A stretch of 64,000 nucleotides of DNA. Origin: Octopus bimaculoides. Taxonomy: Eukaryota. The stretch lies in assembly GCF_001194135.2 (NCBI RefSeq), contig NC_069006.1, forward strand, positions 17,783,036 to 17,847,035, read 5' to 3'. Shown here piece after piece: positions 63,323 through 64,000 of this stretch (the first letter of the stretch is position 1; each line of letters starts with the position of its first letter). Made by a program: the position numbers and the translations under genes. The notes beneath the pieces were generated by a model. The model was given only the letters and a program-made list of their open reading frames with translations. It searched no databases and had not been told where the DNA came from.

Positions 63323-63968
63323 GCCTCTCCCCTTCACCCTCCCTGTGCGCCTTCTTCCTGTTTTACACCCATTTTCTGGGTGGGATGATTTTGTTCCTTG
63401 TACTAATTGTTTTTCCAGCTGTTTGCGCTTCCATATATTAATCACTCACTCAACTATGAACTATAGAGTGAAACCTGCTTCATGACATAGTTGTTAACCC
63501 TAGCTCAGTCCAACTGGATCATAGATCCAACTAACTAATCTATGATCACAGTCTTTCCAGCTATGACCACTCTGTTCAGTGTGTGCTTTGGCTATTGTTT
63601 CTCTTATCCATATAAAACAGAAAGGGTGTGATTTGAGGGGAATGTAGCTGCTATTCCGGGCATGTTGAGTGACTACATGAAAGCGTTATTAAACAGCTGG
63701 TGAAATAAACCTGCCCCTTGATATGAAACCAATTTATCATTGGTAAGATTAATTCCCTAAAGATCTGTATCATGTCCCTCTCACCTAAGTGCTTGTGTGA
63801 CTGAGCCCATGTAGGGTTACACTTTTGGTGGTTCAGGTTCAAGCCCACTGCATGGCACCTTGGGCAGGTGTCTCTTGAATAGGTCCCGGGATCAATTTGT
63901 TTGACTAAACCCCTTGAAAGCAGTGCCCCAGTATGGTTGCAGTTAAATGACACAAACAAGGAAAAGGT

Positions 63969-64000
<32 letters not shown>

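Overview
Repeat-rich, AT-rich eukaryotic DNA from a draft scaffold with 11 N-gaps. The tRNA-derived SINE families and microsatellites point to an octopus (Octopus-like cephalopod); this is my recognition, not a database result. No protein-coding gene can be named: most ORF-track calls are microsatellite, SINE or N-gap artefacts, and the window reads as intronic or regulatory DNA of a large gene. It holds at least three SINE families, RTE- and CR1/L2-type LINE fragments, hAT, mariner/pogo, piggyBac-like and Helentron-like non-autonomous elements, and a long-TIR element with an 8-bp TSD. Best leads: (1) unusual + strand splice signals, namely two diverged copies of a cassette with YAG|ATCT|GTRAGT (possible 4-nt microexons, 7830-7833 and 14161-14164) and a textbook recursive-splice junction (polyY-TAG|GTAAGT at 30865/30866), which could join a candidate first exon (3341-3403) in one open frame; (2) two decayed minimal hammerhead ribozyme motifs of Penelope-like type; (3) pre-miRNA-like hairpins and long fold-backs; (4) telomeric repeats inserted inside SINEs; (5) sharp CpG-rich versus CpG-poor domains. 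All functional readings are untested inference.
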